Of a stretch of DNA of 47,003 bases, positions 8,586 through 18,495 are shown piece after piece. Each line of letters opens with the position of its first letter. Position 1 is the stretch's first letter. Where the stretch lies: NCBI GenBank assembly GCA_018970425.1, contig JAGWWK010000001.1:1-47003 (forward strand). The letters run 5' to 3'. The notes beneath the pieces were generated by a model that saw only the letters and a list, made by a program, of their open reading frames with translations, made no database searches and had not been told where the DNA came from. Made by a program: the position numbers and the translations under genes. The DNA comes from Patescibacteria group bacterium. Lineage in GTDB: Bacteria > Patescibacteriota > Minisyncoccia > Phycocordibacterales > Phycocordibacteraceae.

Positions 8586-8670
8586 GCCGGGATGATGGAA
8601 TGGTAGACATAGGGGACTTAAAATCCCCAGGCTCTAATCGGCCGTGTGGGTTCGAGTCCCACTCCCGGCA
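8586..8670 (+). tRNA. tRNA-Leu (anticodon UAA), long variable arm, uninterrupted
   Basis: gccggga...gggga-cttaaaa-tcccc...gtgggttcgagtcccac-tcccggc-a. Confidence 0.9.
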
Positions 8671-8722
8671 CTATGAACATTGAGGCCCGACCATGCGTCG
8701 GGTTGGTCATGTGCGCTGTCAC

Positions 8723-9385
8723 TTACTGCCCACCTTTGACGCCGATTGACAGGCGAGTCGCGCCGTAAATCGCTAAGAGCGACATTCCGATGCCGAGCGG
8801 GAGCGTAAGCCACCACGCGCCACTCACAATAACTTCTCCAAACAAAACATAGAGCGCTGCAATCGGTGCGTGTACCGCACTATGGACTGCAATAAAGTAC
8901 AGGTACGGAATACGCGTCAGCCCCGCCGCGTACGCGAAAAGGTCCATGAATCCTGCAAAGTATACACGGGCTCGAGCAAAGCGTCGTTTGTCCGATAGCT
9001 CGATGAGTACGGCATCAATTGTCGGCGCCTGCGATGCGGAGGTGAAAAAACGAAGAATGGAACGACCAAAGCGTCGGCTCAAGAAAAAGGCAATCGTCGA
9101 GCCAAGCGCGTCGCCGAGGAGTGTGAGCCCGAGGCCGGGGAAGAAGCCATACGCCGCGCCTGCGATAGGGTAGATGATGGTTCCGCCCAAGGGAGCAACT
9201 ACGATGGTTGTGGCTTTCAAGATGACGACAAGGACTACGGCGTACCATCCAGCGCTCGCGACTGCCGCGCGTAACGCATCGATTCCAATGTACGTACTAA
9301 CCGCGTAGGCAAGACCAAGCGCGGCACCCAGTAGAGCAAGACTTGTGAGAGCCTCTCGGAGCGAGGGTTTTTGTGATGTTTGCAT
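8723..9385 (-). CDS. TVP38/TMEM64 (DedA-related, SNARE-associated) family membrane protein
   Basis: VAPLGGTIIYPIAGAAYGFFPGLGLTLLGDALGSTIAFFLSRRFGR is the signature region of this family. Confidence 0.7.
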   Translation of the reverse strand: MQTSQKPSLREALTSLALLGAALGLAYAVSTYIGIDALRAAVASAGWYAVVLVVILKATTIVVAPLGGTIIYPIAGAAYGFFPGLGLTLLGDALGSTIAFFLSRRFGRSILRFFTSASQAPTIDAVLIELSDKRRFARARVYFAGFMDLFAYAAGLTRIPYLYFIAVHSAVHAPIAALYVLFGEVIVSGAWWLTLPLGIGMSLLAIYGATRLSIGVKGGQ

Positions 9386-9388
9386 TTG

Positions 9389-9460
9389 AGGCCTGAGAGG
9401 GACTCGAACCCTCGCATAGCGGTTTTGCAGACCGCCGTGTTACCTCTTCACCATCAGGCC
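9389..9460 (-). tRNA. tRNA-Cys (anticodon GCA)
   Basis: Reverse complement ggcctgatggtgaagaggtaacacggcggtctgcaaaaccgc...gagggttcgagtccctctcaggcct. Confidence 0.9.
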
Positions 9461-9471
9461 GTCATTCAATA

Positions 9472-9798
9472 CTACGCTATCTCTGAGTCTTTACCAACTT
9501 CGAGGCCGGCAATGTTTGGGTCTTGCATGAAGCGGTAGCGAGGAATGCCGTGCATCTTGAGGCGTGAGCGCACGAAGCGCTTGAAGTCATCGATGTTGCG
9601 ATTTAAAAAGTCGAGCGCACCGTGCGCCTGCGACTCGGGAAAGATTGATATAAATATAGTTGCTTCAGAACCGCTGTCATCGAGTGCGGCTCGCGTGACC
9701 GTGATGAGGGATTGGCGGTTCGACTCGCGGTTTATGAACTCCGCGGCAGTGTGCTCGAGCGCGGAAAGTACTTTTGCTCTATCCATGGCGTTTGCCAC
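9472..9798 (-). CDS. rbfA: Ribosome-binding factor A
   Basis: Immediately downstream of infB (classical infB-rbfA linkage); LITVTRAALDDSGSEATIFISIF ... FLNRNIDDFKRFV pattern. Confidence 0.8.
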   Translation of the reverse strand: MANAMDRAKVLSALEHTAAEFINRESNRQSLITVTRAALDDSGSEATIFISIFPESQAHGALDFLNRNIDDFKRFVRSRLKMHGIPRYRFMQDPNIAGLEVGKDSEIA

Positions 9799-11272
9799 CT
9801 GCCTCTAGTGAGTCGCCCGACACAATATCCGCGCGTGACTCTACCTGCATACCGCACTCCATGCCTTCAGATACTTGTGCTGCGTCCGATTTCTGCTGTT
9901 GGAGGTTAGTGACCTTACCAATTCCTACCTCTATGCCGCGGCGGTAGATAGTGACGGTATCACCGCGCTTTAAGACGCCGCTTTCAATGCGTCCGCCGAC
10001 CACATGCTTTGTGCCAGCGACTGAAAAAGTTTTCAAAATCTTTGCGACTCCCGTTACGGCAAGGCCGGTTTCGTCCGGCACGTATTTTTTGGTCTCTTCC
10101 GCGAGCCATTCAGAGAGTTCATAAATAATGGGTTTTTGCGCAATACCAATGTGCTGGCGTTCCGCGAGGTCTTTTGCGGTAGCGTCAACCTTTGCATTGA
10201 AAGACACGATTGCGGCCGGCAGGAATCCGATAAGGAGTTTTACATCTGCTTCCGTAACGGGACCGGTTGAGCGCGCGACGATAAAGTGGTCTACCTTGTC
10301 ATGAGCGACTTTAGAGAGTTCGTATTCAAGCGCTTCTAGAGAGCCTGCCGTATCGGCTTTAATGAGGAGACGCAGTACCGGCTTTTCGCCCGATACCGAT
10401 CCCGCTTCAGAGCCGGTACGCTCGGTTTTTGATGCCGCGAGCGCTTCTGCTTCTTTTTTTGTTGCGACTGCCGTCACCACGGCACCGACATTCGGCTCGT
10501 CGGTAAATCCGGCAACGCGGGCTGGTTTGCCTGCGGTGAGTTCTGGTACGCGCTTTCCCTCAAAGTTTTCTATCGCACGTACGGTCGCAAACGCACTACC
10601 GGCGACCAAGAATGTTCCGGTTGTAAGTGTTCCTGACTTAATAATGAGCGTGCCTGAAATGCCGGCACGCGGGTCGCGGGACGACTCAATCACAATTGCG
10701 GAAAACGGCGCCTGTGTGTCAACGGTGATTCCCTGCACATCAGCAACGAGGGCTATCAGGTCGAGTAGCTCTCGAACTCCTGCGCCTGTCTTAGATGAGA
10801 CAGCCGCCCAAGGTACATCGCCGCCTAATCCTTCGAGGTACACGCCCTCGCGTAGCACTGACTCTTTAGCGCGGTCGAGGTTAGCGGTGTCTTTATCAAT
10901 TTTGGTGAAGCAGACAATGAACGGGATTTCAGCGTCCTGAATAGCTTTGAGCGCTTCCTTGGTTTGCGGCTTTACGCCATCGTCGGCTGCCACAATCAGT
11001 ATGGCGATATCAGCTGCGTTCGCTGAGCGCCGGCGCATTGCGCTGAACGCCTCGTGGCCCGGCGTGTCTATGAAGGTGATGGGTGTTGTTCCCTCAGCGT
11101 TCGTGTGTACTAGTTCGTAGGCGGAGACGCGTTGGGTGATGCCGCCTGCCTCGCGCGCAGCAACGGACGACTGTCTGATGTAGTCGAGGAGTGAGGTCTT
11201 TCCGTGGTCAATGTGTCCGACAACCGCGACGACGGGGTGCTTAAGCGCTGTCATACCTACAGGAAACCACAA
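9779..11272 (-). CDS. infB: Translation initiation factor IF-2, short form lacking the long N-terminal region (start possibly ATG 11254)
   Basis: G domain [29 protein letters not shown]; C-terminal IF-2 domains. Confidence 0.93.
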   Translation of the reverse strand: MWFPVGMTALKHPVVAVVGHIDHGKTSLLDYIRQSSVAAREAGGITQRVSAYELVHTNAEGTTPITFIDTPGHEAFSAMRRRSANAADIAILIVAADDGVKPQTKEALKAIQDAEIPFIVCFTKIDKDTANLDRAKESVLREGVYLEGLGGDVPWAAVSSKTGAGVRELLDLIALVADVQGITVDTQAPFSAIVIESSRDPRAGISGTLIIKSGTLTTGTFLVAGSAFATVRAIENFEGKRVPELTAGKPARVAGFTDEPNVGAVVTAVATKKEAEALAASKTERTGSEAGSVSGEKPVLRLLIKADTAGSLEALEYELSKVAHDKVDHFIVARSTGPVTEADVKLLIGFLPAAIVSFNAKVDATAKDLAERQHIGIAQKPIIYELSEWLAEETKKYVPDETGLAVTGVAKILKTFSVAGTKHVVGGRIESGVLKRGDTVTIYRRGIEVGIGKVTNLQQQKSDAAQVSEGMECGMQVESRADIVSGDSLEAGGKRHG

Positions 11273-11312
11273 AAAATGGCTTTCTGCAAAGCTACATTAT
11301 GCGAGACGCCGG

Positions 11313-11807
11313 TTAGGAAAGTCGTTTTCGCGCGTCTTCTAGCGCGACGCGCTCGTCATCGGAAAGCTCTCGCTCTGACGCAAAGTTTTTAACATCTTTG
11401 GCATACACGCGGGCGGAGTCCCGCGTGTGAATGCCGGAAAGTACGATTCCGTCGCCTGACTCACTGACGAGAGCCGCAGCAAAGCTTTGCTGACCGCCTG
11501 CGTTTTCAAAGGGATCAAAGCGCCGCACTGTCACTGCGCGAAGGGCCGAGGTAAGGCGGGCGTCAAGGTTGTTGAGCGCGACCTCTGTTGTTGTGGCGTG
11601 CGCTTCAAGTTTTTCAGCGGCTGCGGTGAGTGACGCGATGGTTCCCTCAAGTGAGGCGCCTGAGACGCCGCGCGTGAGCCGTGTCACTCTGCGTGAGAGT
11701 GAAAAGATCTGGATGAGCGCTATTCCGAGAACTACGAGCATCACCACAAGGACGGGCGAGGACACAAGCTCCGCGTAGGCAAGCGCCCCGAGCGTTTGCA
11801 AATTCAT
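11313..11807 (-). CDS. DUF4446-family protein
   Basis: N-terminal TM, coiled-coil middle, and C-terminal RRFDPFENAGGQQSFAAALVSESGDGIVLSGIHTRDSARVYAK typical of DUF4446. Confidence 0.65.
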   Translation of the reverse strand: MNLQTLGALAYAELVSSPVLVVMLVVLGIALIQIFSLSRRVTRLTRGVSGASLEGTIASLTAAAEKLEAHATTTEVALNNLDARLTSALRAVTVRRFDPFENAGGQQSFAAALVSESGDGIVLSGIHTRDSARVYAKDVKNFASERELSDDERVALEDARKRLS

Positions 11808-11829
11808 ACCGAGCGTATAGTATCACGGT

Positions 11830-12981
11830 GTGAAGACGCGAACGCGCAAGAGAGTGTACCTTGATGCCGCCGCTGCGGTGCCCATGAGCGCAAAGGCTGA
11901 GCGAGCGTTTGTAAAAGCACTCCGACTGTTTGGCAACCCGTCCGCGCCACACGCTGAGGGGAGAGAGGCGCGCGCGGCCGTAGAAGACGCGCGTGCGGCG
12001 ATCGCGCTCGCGTTTCGGGTTAAGGCGGATGACCTTATTTTTACCTCCGGCGGAACAGAGTCGAACACTATAGCTGTCCTCGGCACACCTAAAGGCCATG
12101 CAATCACTACTTCCATAGAGCATGCAACCATTCGTGAGGCATTTCGGCTCCGCGCCACGCACGGTTCTAAGACTACGTTTATTCGTCCGGATGCTACCGG
12201 ACGCGTGAATGCTGACGATATTGTGCAGGCCTTGCGACCGAACACAGTACTTGTCTCCGTTCATCATGTGCATGGGGAGTGCGGAGTAGTACAGCGCATT
12301 GCGGACATAGCAGACGCGGTACGTCGCACGCACCCGTCAGTCATCATTCACACGGACGCGTCACAGAGTCCCCTGTGGCTAGATGCCGGCCCGCATACCT
12401 TGCGCGCAGATCTGGTCACCTACGATGCGCAAAAGGTTGGCGGGCCAAAAGGCGCAGGTATTTTATACGCGCCGCGCGGCACACCGCTCTCGCCCGTCTT
12501 TGGAGGCGGTTCACAGGAGCGCGGAATTCGACCGGGCACTGAAAACACTGCGGCGATCGTGGCAGCGGGAGTTGCGTTTACCGAGGCAGTCGCGGGGCGC
12601 GTTGATCGGGCACGAACAACAATTATTCTGCGCGACTACCTTGCTGATCGACTACGCGCGGCAGTGCCGAATGCCCGGATTATAGGTTCTATGAAGCATC
12701 GTGTTGCGAATAATGTGTTAGTAGCGATTCCTGGAGTTGACGCCGACTACCTTACGGTACTACTTGATACGCATGGTATTGCGGTAACCCCGCGCTCGGC
12801 ATGCCTCGGGTCCGTGAGTGCCGCGTCTCATGTCGCTGAAGAGCTTACTGGCGATGACGACTTGGCGCGCTCCACTATACGATTTTCCTTGCACCAGGGT
12901 AGTACGAAGGCAGAGCTCGATAGGGCAGTGCGCGCCCTCATTACCGTACTGCCACTTGCGACGAGAGTGCGCGTTCCGTAG
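11830..12981 (+). CDS. Cysteine desulfurase (class V aminotransferase, NifS/IscS-like), GTG start
   Basis: PLP-lysine context YDAQKVGGPKGAGILY; FTSGGTESN; C-terminal active-site region PRSACLG. Confidence 0.8.
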   Translation: MKTRTRKRVYLDAAAAVPMSAKAERAFVKALRLFGNPSAPHAEGREARAAVEDARAAIALAFRVKADDLIFTSGGTESNTIAVLGTPKGHAITTSIEHATIREAFRLRATHGSKTTFIRPDATGRVNADDIVQALRPNTVLVSVHHVHGECGVVQRIADIADAVRRTHPSVIIHTDASQSPLWLDAGPHTLRADLVTYDAQKVGGPKGAGILYAPRGTPLSPVFGGGSQERGIRPGTENTAAIVAAGVAFTEAVAGRVDRARTTIILRDYLADRLRAAVPNARIIGSMKHRVANNVLVAIPGVDADYLTVLLDTHGIAVTPRSACLGSVSAASHVAEELTGDDDLARSTIRFSLHQGSTKAELDRAVRALITVLPLATRVRVP

Positions 12982-13036
12982 TGCAGACTTGCTTTTTTAA
13001 ACATGTGTAGTATAAGTATTTTAATTAAGGGGTGGT

Positions 13037-14033
13037 CTCCGATACCATCAACTAGGACACTCGGTTAGCTAATAATACCTCCTCTGCCGTTTGAAACCCC
13101 AGACACTGTCTGGGTGTTTTATTAAGAAGTCGGTCGATTTCTATAAGTTGTGCAGTGGTCACCAATCTCAGATCTGATCGTTTCGGTACGATGGTACGTA
13201 TCCAGCGATTCGTGTTCTCGACCAACCCCTTCTCCCACGAACAATACGGAGAGGCGAAATAGAATGGTACTGACAGAGACAGCTCAAGAAGCTGCCACTT
13301 CTGGAATACGATGTCGTTGTCTGTGGTGATGGTCAGAAGCTGATGCTTCTGTTTGATACGACCAAGCTCACGGAGTACGGCATGGTGGGTCTTCCGATAC
13401 AGCTTCCGTACCAGTGCATACCTGGTCCACCGATCCACAAGCACCAACAAGACCACCGGTGACTGTCTCGACACAATGAAATCAAGTTCCCAGTGTCCTG
13501 AGGTACGGACATGAGGTCGAGAAGCAATGAGCTTCTTGGCCGTATCTGAGGGAAGTCGTGTCCCTCGCTTTCGTCCTCTCTTCTGGTGGTGTCTCTCCCA
13601 GAAGAGGTACTGCTCTAATGCACGACTTCGTACATACCGGTATATCGCTTTCTGCGTGATGGGCATGGCGGTTCGTCTCGCATATCCTGCAATACGCTCA
13701 GGTGACCATCCCAAGACCAACTTCTCTCGGACCAATTGCGTCAGCTCGGGACTCAGTGCCACCTTCATGCAGTTCTGCTTGGACCTCCAGCGCCTCACAT
13801 AGGTCTTGTGGTGTGCTTTCCGTGAGCGATACACCCCACAGACCATCTTTTCCCGCACCTCCTTGGAGACCGTATTCACACTACGACCCAGTGACAGAGC
13901 GATAGACCTGAGACTCAATCCACGCCTCCTCAGCGTCTCAATCGAGACGCGTTCCTCATAGGTTAACTGCTGATAGGTGGTTCCTTTTCTCATCACTCCA
14001 GTGTACGGAGTGTCCTAGTGCAAAGTATCGGGG
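13037..14033 (-). mobile_element. IS30-family insertion sequence (~1.0 kb) with imperfect 26-bp terminal inverted repeats
   Basis: Left end ctccgataccatcaactaggacactc (13037-13062) matches the reverse complement of gagtgtcctagtgcaaagtatcgggg (14008-14033) at 21/26 positions. It encloses a single transposase ORF and looks lower in GC than the flanks. Confidence 0.8.
13052..13996 (-). CDS. IS30-family DDE transposase
   Basis: N-terminal HTH (LTYEERVSIETLRRRGLSLRSIALSLGRSVNTVSKEV), then the catalytic core (WELDFI ... TTDND ... SWEKGLVENTNRWIR). Confidence 0.9.
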   Translation of the reverse strand: MMRKGTTYQQLTYEERVSIETLRRRGLSLRSIALSLGRSVNTVSKEVREKMVCGVYRSRKAHHKTYVRRWRSKQNCMKVALSPELTQLVREKLVLGWSPERIAGYARRTAMPITQKAIYRYVRSRALEQYLFWERHHQKRGRKRGTRLPSDTAKKLIASRPHVRTSGHWELDFIVSRQSPVVLLVLVDRWTRYALVRKLYRKTHHAVLRELGRIKQKHQLLTITTDNDIVFQKWQLLELSLSVPFYFASPYCSWEKGLVENTNRWIRTIVPKRSDLRLVTTAQLIEIDRLLNKTPRQCLGFQTAEEVLLANRVS

Positions 14034-14053
14034 AGGGGTAATAGTTACTTTGT

Positions 14054-14407
14054 ATGTCAGACAATCGCTTTGAGAGAGCACGAGGACAGCGCATCGGTAG
14101 AGGTATAAAGATTGGCTTAGCAGCAGCAGTAGCAGTAGATAAAAGTATCTCAGTAGTCACTCAGAAGGAGTCAATTCTCGGCACGGTCATTAATGATATC
14201 TCGCATCGGTTTCACCGTAGCGATGATGATGATAATGACCCCACGGACGCTTCTGTAGGCAGTGGTGGTGGTGCCTCAGCAAGTGGTGCTGCCGAAAATA
14301 TTTCAGAATTTGTTGAAAGCGCTCTCGTCGTGATTGCGGTTCTAGTTCTTGTACATGTACTTTCTTCGCAGCTAGGTCGAAGACACAGCGACCCTCTTCC
14401 TGCATAG
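14054..14407 (+). CDS. Hypothetical protein: acidic low-complexity centre, C-terminal TM
   Basis: 117-aa ORF directly next to the IS right end; no family recognised; composition differs from neighbours. Confidence 0.35.
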   Translation: MSDNRFERARGQRIGRGIKIGLAAAVAVDKSISVVTQKESILGTVINDISHRFHRSDDDDNDPTDASVGSGGGASASGAAENISEFVESALVVIAVLVLVHVLSSQLGRRHSDPLPA

Positions 14408-14440
14408 CGCTAGCGCATTAGTAAGTGGTACACTGTCCTC

Positions 14441-15253
14441 ATGGACATCGAGCATCTGTCTAAGACGCAGATAGTGCTCTTGTGCTTGCTGTGCACCTTT
14501 GTCGCGTCCATAGCGACTGGTATTGTCACCGTGGCGCTCCTTGCGCAGACACCTCCCGCGGTAACACAGACGGTAAACCACATCATTCAGCGCACCGTTG
14601 AAACGGTTACCCCGTCCGCCACAGCACCAACCATCAAAGAGACTACCGTAGTGGTGAAAGAAGATGAGCTTCTCTCGAACGCTATTGCCCAGACATTTTC
14701 AAGAATTGGCGTTATTCATGAGACCCGAGCAACGTCGAGTCCCGCAATCGCACTTGGCGTCCCACTTGGCGGCGTATTGATTACCGATGCGGCGCTCGTA
14801 ACCGGTACGCATGCCGTTGAGGTGGGAGACATCGTCTACGTATACGCTGTTGATCGAACTATTGACGAGCTTGGACTCGCGGTTCTAGTCCCAACTGACG
14901 GCAAGGGACCACCGGCGCTCCGCGTGGGAAGCACGGCCGATCTTCGACTTGGGCAGTCAGTGGTGGCGCTTCCGAGCGCGAGCGGGGCACGCGTCGGGAT
15001 CGGGGCGATGACGGCGCGGTACACGTTTGCGCGCATTGGGACCGATGCAGTTGCTGTGCGCGCGATTGACACAAACATCGGCGGCCGGATTCTTGGCGGC
15101 GCACCGCTCATTACCGCATTTGGCGATGTGGTCGGAATTTCTACATCACTTGCGCAAGGACCGCAGGGAGGAGTCGGGACATTTATTTCACTTTCAGATG
15201 CAAGTCCGTTGATTCTTGGCGTGCGCGGAACATCGACCCCGGCTCTGCCGTAA
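14441..15253 (+). CDS. Membrane-anchored trypsin-like (S1C/HtrA-fold) domain protein, probably catalytically inactive
   Basis: N-terminal TM. His-like (GTHAV) and Asp-like (DELGLAVLV) positions are present, but the GNSGGP nucleophile motif reads GGRILGGAPL, with no Ser. Confidence 0.55.
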   Translation: MDIEHLSKTQIVLLCLLCTFVASIATGIVTVALLAQTPPAVTQTVNHIIQRTVETVTPSATAPTIKETTVVVKEDELLSNAIAQTFSRIGVIHETRATSSPAIALGVPLGGVLITDAALVTGTHAVEVGDIVYVYAVDRTIDELGLAVLVPTDGKGPPALRVGSTADLRLGQSVVALPSASGARVGIGAMTARYTFARIGTDAVAVRAIDTNIGGRILGGAPLITAFGDVVGISTSLAQGPQGGVGTFISLSDASPLILGVRGTSTPALP

Positions 15254-15275
15254 CGGTGCGTTCATCGTCGATTTT

Positions 15276-15284
15276 TGGTATACT
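15276..15284 (+). promoter_or_regulatory. Extended -10-like box tggTATACT, 7 nt upstream of the clpB ATG
   Basis: tatact 15279-15284, ATG 15292. Confidence 0.5.
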
Positions 15285-15291
15285 GTAGGCC

Positions 15292-17985
15292 ATGCAACCT
15301 CTTCCCTCATTCAACAATTTTACGACTAAAGCCAAGGAGGCAGTACGCAAGGCGCATGAGCTTGCTATTGAGCGCGGGCAGAACCAGGTGTCGTCGCTTC
15401 ACATGGCTGTTGCGCTCATGGTGCAGGAGGAGTCTATCGTTGTTTCCATCCTTGAGCGGCTTGATGTAGATATTGTGCTCTTTACCGATTCACTCATTGA
15501 ACTTTTTGAATCACCGCAGAGCAACCAAACCGTTGCTCCTTCGTACCAGCTCTACCTCACGCCGGACCTTGTACAGGCGCTTGAAACATCAGTAAAAGTG
15601 GCAACACAGATTGGAGAGGCATTTGTGTCTGTAGAACACTTGTTCCTTGGTGTCTTGCAACATCCGGGCCCCGCTACAGACGTTTTTAATCGATTCCGTA
15701 TCGATCGAAATGCGGTGATGAACGTTATGCAGGAGCTGAAGTCGTCGCGCGAGGTTCAAGCGGAGCCGCAAAAAAAGTTCCGCGCGCTTCCTAAATACAC
15801 GCGTAACTTGACTAAGCTCGCCTCTGACAATAAGCTCGACCCGGTCATCGGGCGCGATGTGGAGATAAACCGCGTGATCCAAATACTTTCGCGCCGCACG
15901 AAGAATAACCCGATTCTGATTGGTGAAGCTGGGGTTGGAAAGACAGCGATTGCGGAAGGGCTCGCGCAGCGAATGGCTGTGGGCGATGTACCAGAGTCAC
16001 TACGCAACAAAGAGCTTCTGACGCTTGACCTCGGACTCCTCATAGCGGGGACAAAGTATCGTGGAGAGTTTGAAGAGCGCCTCAAAAACATTATGAAAGA
16101 GGTCGAGCGCGCAGAGGGCAAGGTAATTTTGTTCGTCGACGAGATACACACCATTGTAGGGGCCGGCGCGGCGGAAGGGTCAATGGATGCGTCAAATATG
16201 CTTAAGCCCGCGCTTGCTCGAGGCGATATGCGGATCATCGGTGCGACAACCTTGAAAGAATACCAAATGCACATTGAGCGCGATCCGGCCCTTACGCGCC
16301 GCTTCCAACCGGTCTACGTGCAGGAGCCCGACCGAGAGGATGCAATAGCAATTCTTCGCGGGTTGCGCGAGAAGTATGAGTTGTACCACGGCGTACGGAT
16401 TACTGACGCGGCGATTGTTGCGGCAGTTGACCTGTCCTCGCGCTACATATCTGACCGATTCCTCCCGGACAAGGCGGTGGACCTCATTGATGAGGCGGCA
16501 TCAGCTCTTCGTATATCGCTTGAAAACAAACCACCTCAGCTTGAAGAAACTGACCGCAAGATCCGACGGCTCGAAATTGAGCTCGAGGCCTTGAAAAAAG
16601 ACGAGGCCGCGCATGAGGGGAAGGGTGAGCGTACGCGCATGAAAGAAATTGAGCGTGAGGTAGCGGAGCTCCGAGCCGAAACTGCTGACCTTGAAGTGAA
16701 GTGGAAGAATGAGAAAGAGGCATTGTCTGCTATTGGCACGCTTAAGAAAGAGATGGAGGAGTTGCGCGCCGAGGCGGAGTCTGCCGAGGCGCGGGCTGAT
16801 CTCGGACGTGCAGCTGAAATTCGCTACGGCAGATTGCCCACGCTCTCCGAGCAGCTCGCAAAAGAAAACGCCAAGCTATCTAAGCTGCAAAAGAATCGCC
16901 GCGTTCTCAAGGAGGAAGTTACCGAGTCGGAGATCGCGAGTGTGGTGAGCCGATGGACCGGCGTACCTGTATCGCGCATGCTCGAGGCCGAGGCGCACAA
17001 GCTTGCGCGCATGGAAGAAGAGCTTAAGAAGCAGGTTGTCGGACAGGATGAGGCAGTGCAGCTTATTTCAGATGCGGTTAAGCGATCGCGCGTGGGAATT
17101 GCCGACCCCAATCGCCCCATTGGATCATTCCTGTTTCTCGGACCAACGGGTGTCGGTAAGACGGAGCTCTCAAAGTCAGTCGCTCGGTTCATGTTTGATG
17201 ACGAAAACGCCATCATTCGTGTCGACATGTCCGAGTTTATGGAGAAGCACAGTGTGTCAAAGATGATTGGCTCGCCGCCCGGCTATGTGGGACACGAGGA
17301 AGGTGGGGCGCTTACGGAAAAAATAAGGCACCGGCCGTATGCGGTCGTTTTGTTTGACGAGATAGAAAAGGCGCACCCTGAAGTGTTTAACATCTTGCTT
17401 CAGGTGCTTGATTCAGGCCACCTTACTGACGCTAAGGGTCGAAAGGTCAACTTCAAGAACTCGATCATCATACTCACCTCTAACATAGGGAGCGAGTTCA
17501 TCGACAAGATGTCGTCGTTCGGTTTTACGCACGCCACAGGTGAGGCGGCTGAGTACGCGCACACAAAAGATAAAGTAATGAACGCGCTCAAGGACTACTT
17601 CCGCCCAGAGTTCCTCAACCGTCTTGACGAAATCATTCTCTTCAATATTCTCTCCCAAGAAGCCATCAAATCTATTGTCTCGATGCAGGTGAAGATTGTA
17701 CAGGATCGTCTAAAGTCAAAAGACATAACGCTCGAAATAAAGCCAGAAGTGTATGAGTACCTTGTGAAGGAGGGATACAACCCACACTACGGCGCGCGCC
17801 CCCTCAAGCGCCTCATTCAATCAAAGATCCTCACCCCCGTAGCCTCATTTATGGTAGGGCAGGGCGTGATGGAAGGAGGCACCATAATCGTGGGCCTTAA
17901 GAATAACGAATTCACCTTTGACGTGAAAAAGACCGCACGCGCAACAAAGAATCATCGTGCGAAAGCGCACGCAGAGGTTGCGTAG
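15292..17985 (+). CDS. clpB: ATP-dependent chaperone ClpB
   Basis: 897 aa. Clp N domain, two AAA+ modules ([13 protein letters not shown]; [12 protein letters not shown]), and a long coiled-coil middle domain between them. Confidence 0.95.
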   Translation: MQPLPSFNNFTTKAKEAVRKAHELAIERGQNQVSSLHMAVALMVQEESIVVSILERLDVDIVLFTDSLIELFESPQSNQTVAPSYQLYLTPDLVQALETSVKVATQIGEAFVSVEHLFLGVLQHPGPATDVFNRFRIDRNAVMNVMQELKSSREVQAEPQKKFRALPKYTRNLTKLASDNKLDPVIGRDVEINRVIQILSRRTKNNPILIGEAGVGKTAIAEGLAQRMAVGDVPESLRNKELLTLDLGLLIAGTKYRGEFEERLKNIMKEVERAEGKVILFVDEIHTIVGAGAAEGSMDASNMLKPALARGDMRIIGATTLKEYQMHIERDPALTRRFQPVYVQEPDREDAIAILRGLREKYELYHGVRITDAAIVAAVDLSSRYISDRFLPDKAVDLIDEAASALRISLENKPPQLEETDRKIRRLEIELEALKKDEAAHEGKGERTRMKEIEREVAELRAETADLEVKWKNEKEALSAIGTLKKEMEELRAEAESAEARADLGRAAEIRYGRLPTLSEQLAKENAKLSKLQKNRRVLKEEVTESEIASVVSRWTGVPVSRMLEAEAHKLARMEEELKKQVVGQDEAVQLISDAVKRSRVGIADPNRPIGSFLFLGPTGVGKTELSKSVARFMFDDENAIIRVDMSEFMEKHSVSKMIGSPPGYVGHEEGGALTEKIRHRPYAVVLFDEIEKAHPEVFNILLQVLDSGHLTDAKGRKVNFKNSIIILTSNIGSEFIDKMSSFGFTHATGEAAEYAHTKDKVMNALKDYFRPEFLNRLDEIILFNILSQEAIKSIVSMQVKIVQDRLKSKDITLEIKPEVYEYLVKEGYNPHYGARPLKRLIQSKILTPVASFMVGQGVMEGGTIIVGLKNNEFTFDVKKTARATKNHRAKAHAEVA

Positions 17986-18002
17986 CGCGCGAGAAACGCT
18001 AG

Positions 18003-18011
18003 TGGTATAGT
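18003..18011 (+). promoter_or_regulatory. Extended -10-like box tggTATAGT upstream of tRNA-Tyr (about 45-nt spacing)
   Basis: tatagt 18006-18011, tRNA +1 at 18056. Confidence 0.45.
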
Positions 18012-18055
18012 AGACCGGTACGCAACGGGAGAGCGATGCTCAACTGGTGCGGCAT

Positions 18056-18138
18056 GCGTCGGTGGCGGAGTGGTCAATCGCACTTGACTGTAAATCAAGC
18101 GCCTTCGGGCTTCGTTGGTTCGAATCCAACCCGGCGCA
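18056..18138 (+). tRNA. tRNA-Tyr (anticodon GUA), bacterial-type long variable arm
   Basis: gcgtcgg/ccggcgc acceptor, anticodon loop ctgtaaa, T arm gttggttcgaatccaac. Confidence 0.9.
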
Positions 18139-18215
18139 CCGAGAGAGGGTCGTAGACAACTCGCTTGTATACGACCGAACGAGACGCGCGGGCAAGGCTT
18201 CCTTACCCGGCGCAC
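18129..18215 (+). repeat. Short tRNA 3'-flank module (E-family) bounded by 11-nt direct repeats of the tRNA-Tyr 3' end
   Basis: acccggcgcac at 18129-18139 (inside the tRNA) and 18205-18215. Between them are hairpin ggtcgta-N13-tacgacc and gaacgagacgcgcgggcaag, which resembles the cgcgggcgag end of the Trp/Val modules. Confidence 0.5.
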
Positions 18216-18229
18216 AGGACGAGAGATTT

Positions 18230-18255
18230 GGTCTCCTACGGAGGCCTTTTCTTTT
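18230..18255 (+). terminator. Rho-independent terminator
   Basis: ggtctcc-tac-ggaggcc followed by ttttctttt. Confidence 0.65.
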
Positions 18256-18286
18256 ACCCTGATCGGTTTGTGAATAGAAAAATGTC

Positions 18287-18295
18287 TGGTATAGT
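18287..18295 (+). promoter_or_regulatory. Extended -10-like box tggTATAGT, 6 nt upstream of the rpmG ATG
   Basis: tatagt 18290-18295, ATG 18302. Confidence 0.5.
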
Positions 18296-18301
18296 ACTCT
18301 C

Positions 18302-18457
18302 ATGTCGCAAGATAATCTTCTGAGACTCAAGTCGCCGTCGGGAACGATGGTTTATACTCGCAAGAACAAGAAAAAGCTTGCGAACGTCAAGCTCTCTCTC
18401 AAAAAGTTTGATAAAAAGTTGAGAAAACGTGCTGTCTTTAAAGAGGTCAAAAAGTAA
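18302..18457 (+). CDS. rpmG: 50S ribosomal protein L33 (51 aa; below the ORF-track cutoff)
   Basis: Hand translation: MSQDNLLRLKSPSGTMVYTRKNKKKLANVKLSLKKFDKKLRKRAVFKEVKK. It matches the L33 pattern (YxTxKNKR...L.LKKFDP..R.H..FKE.K). Confidence 0.8.
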   Translation: MSQDNLLRLKSPSGTMVYTRKNKKKLANVKLSLKKFDKKLRKRAVFKEVKK

Positions 18458-18463
18458 GGCATA

Positions 18464-18485
18464 ATGACCCCATCGGGGTCATTTT
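18464..18485 (+). terminator. Rho-independent terminator after rpmG
   Basis: atgacccc-atc-ggggtcat followed by tttt. Confidence 0.7.
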
Positions 18486-18495
18486 GATTACCGAA

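Noticed and set aside
8586-8670. Group I intron in tRNA-Leu(UAA), as seen in cyanobacteria and some other bacteria
   Set aside because: The anticodon loop cttaaaa is continuous and the gene folds as an uninterrupted 85-nt tRNA.
11647-12333. 228-aa and 140-aa minus-strand ORFs opposite the cysteine desulfurase gene
   Set aside because: They are antisense to a well-supported PLP-enzyme CDS, have Arg/Cys/Ser-rich composition typical of GC-rich antisense frames, and carry no motifs.
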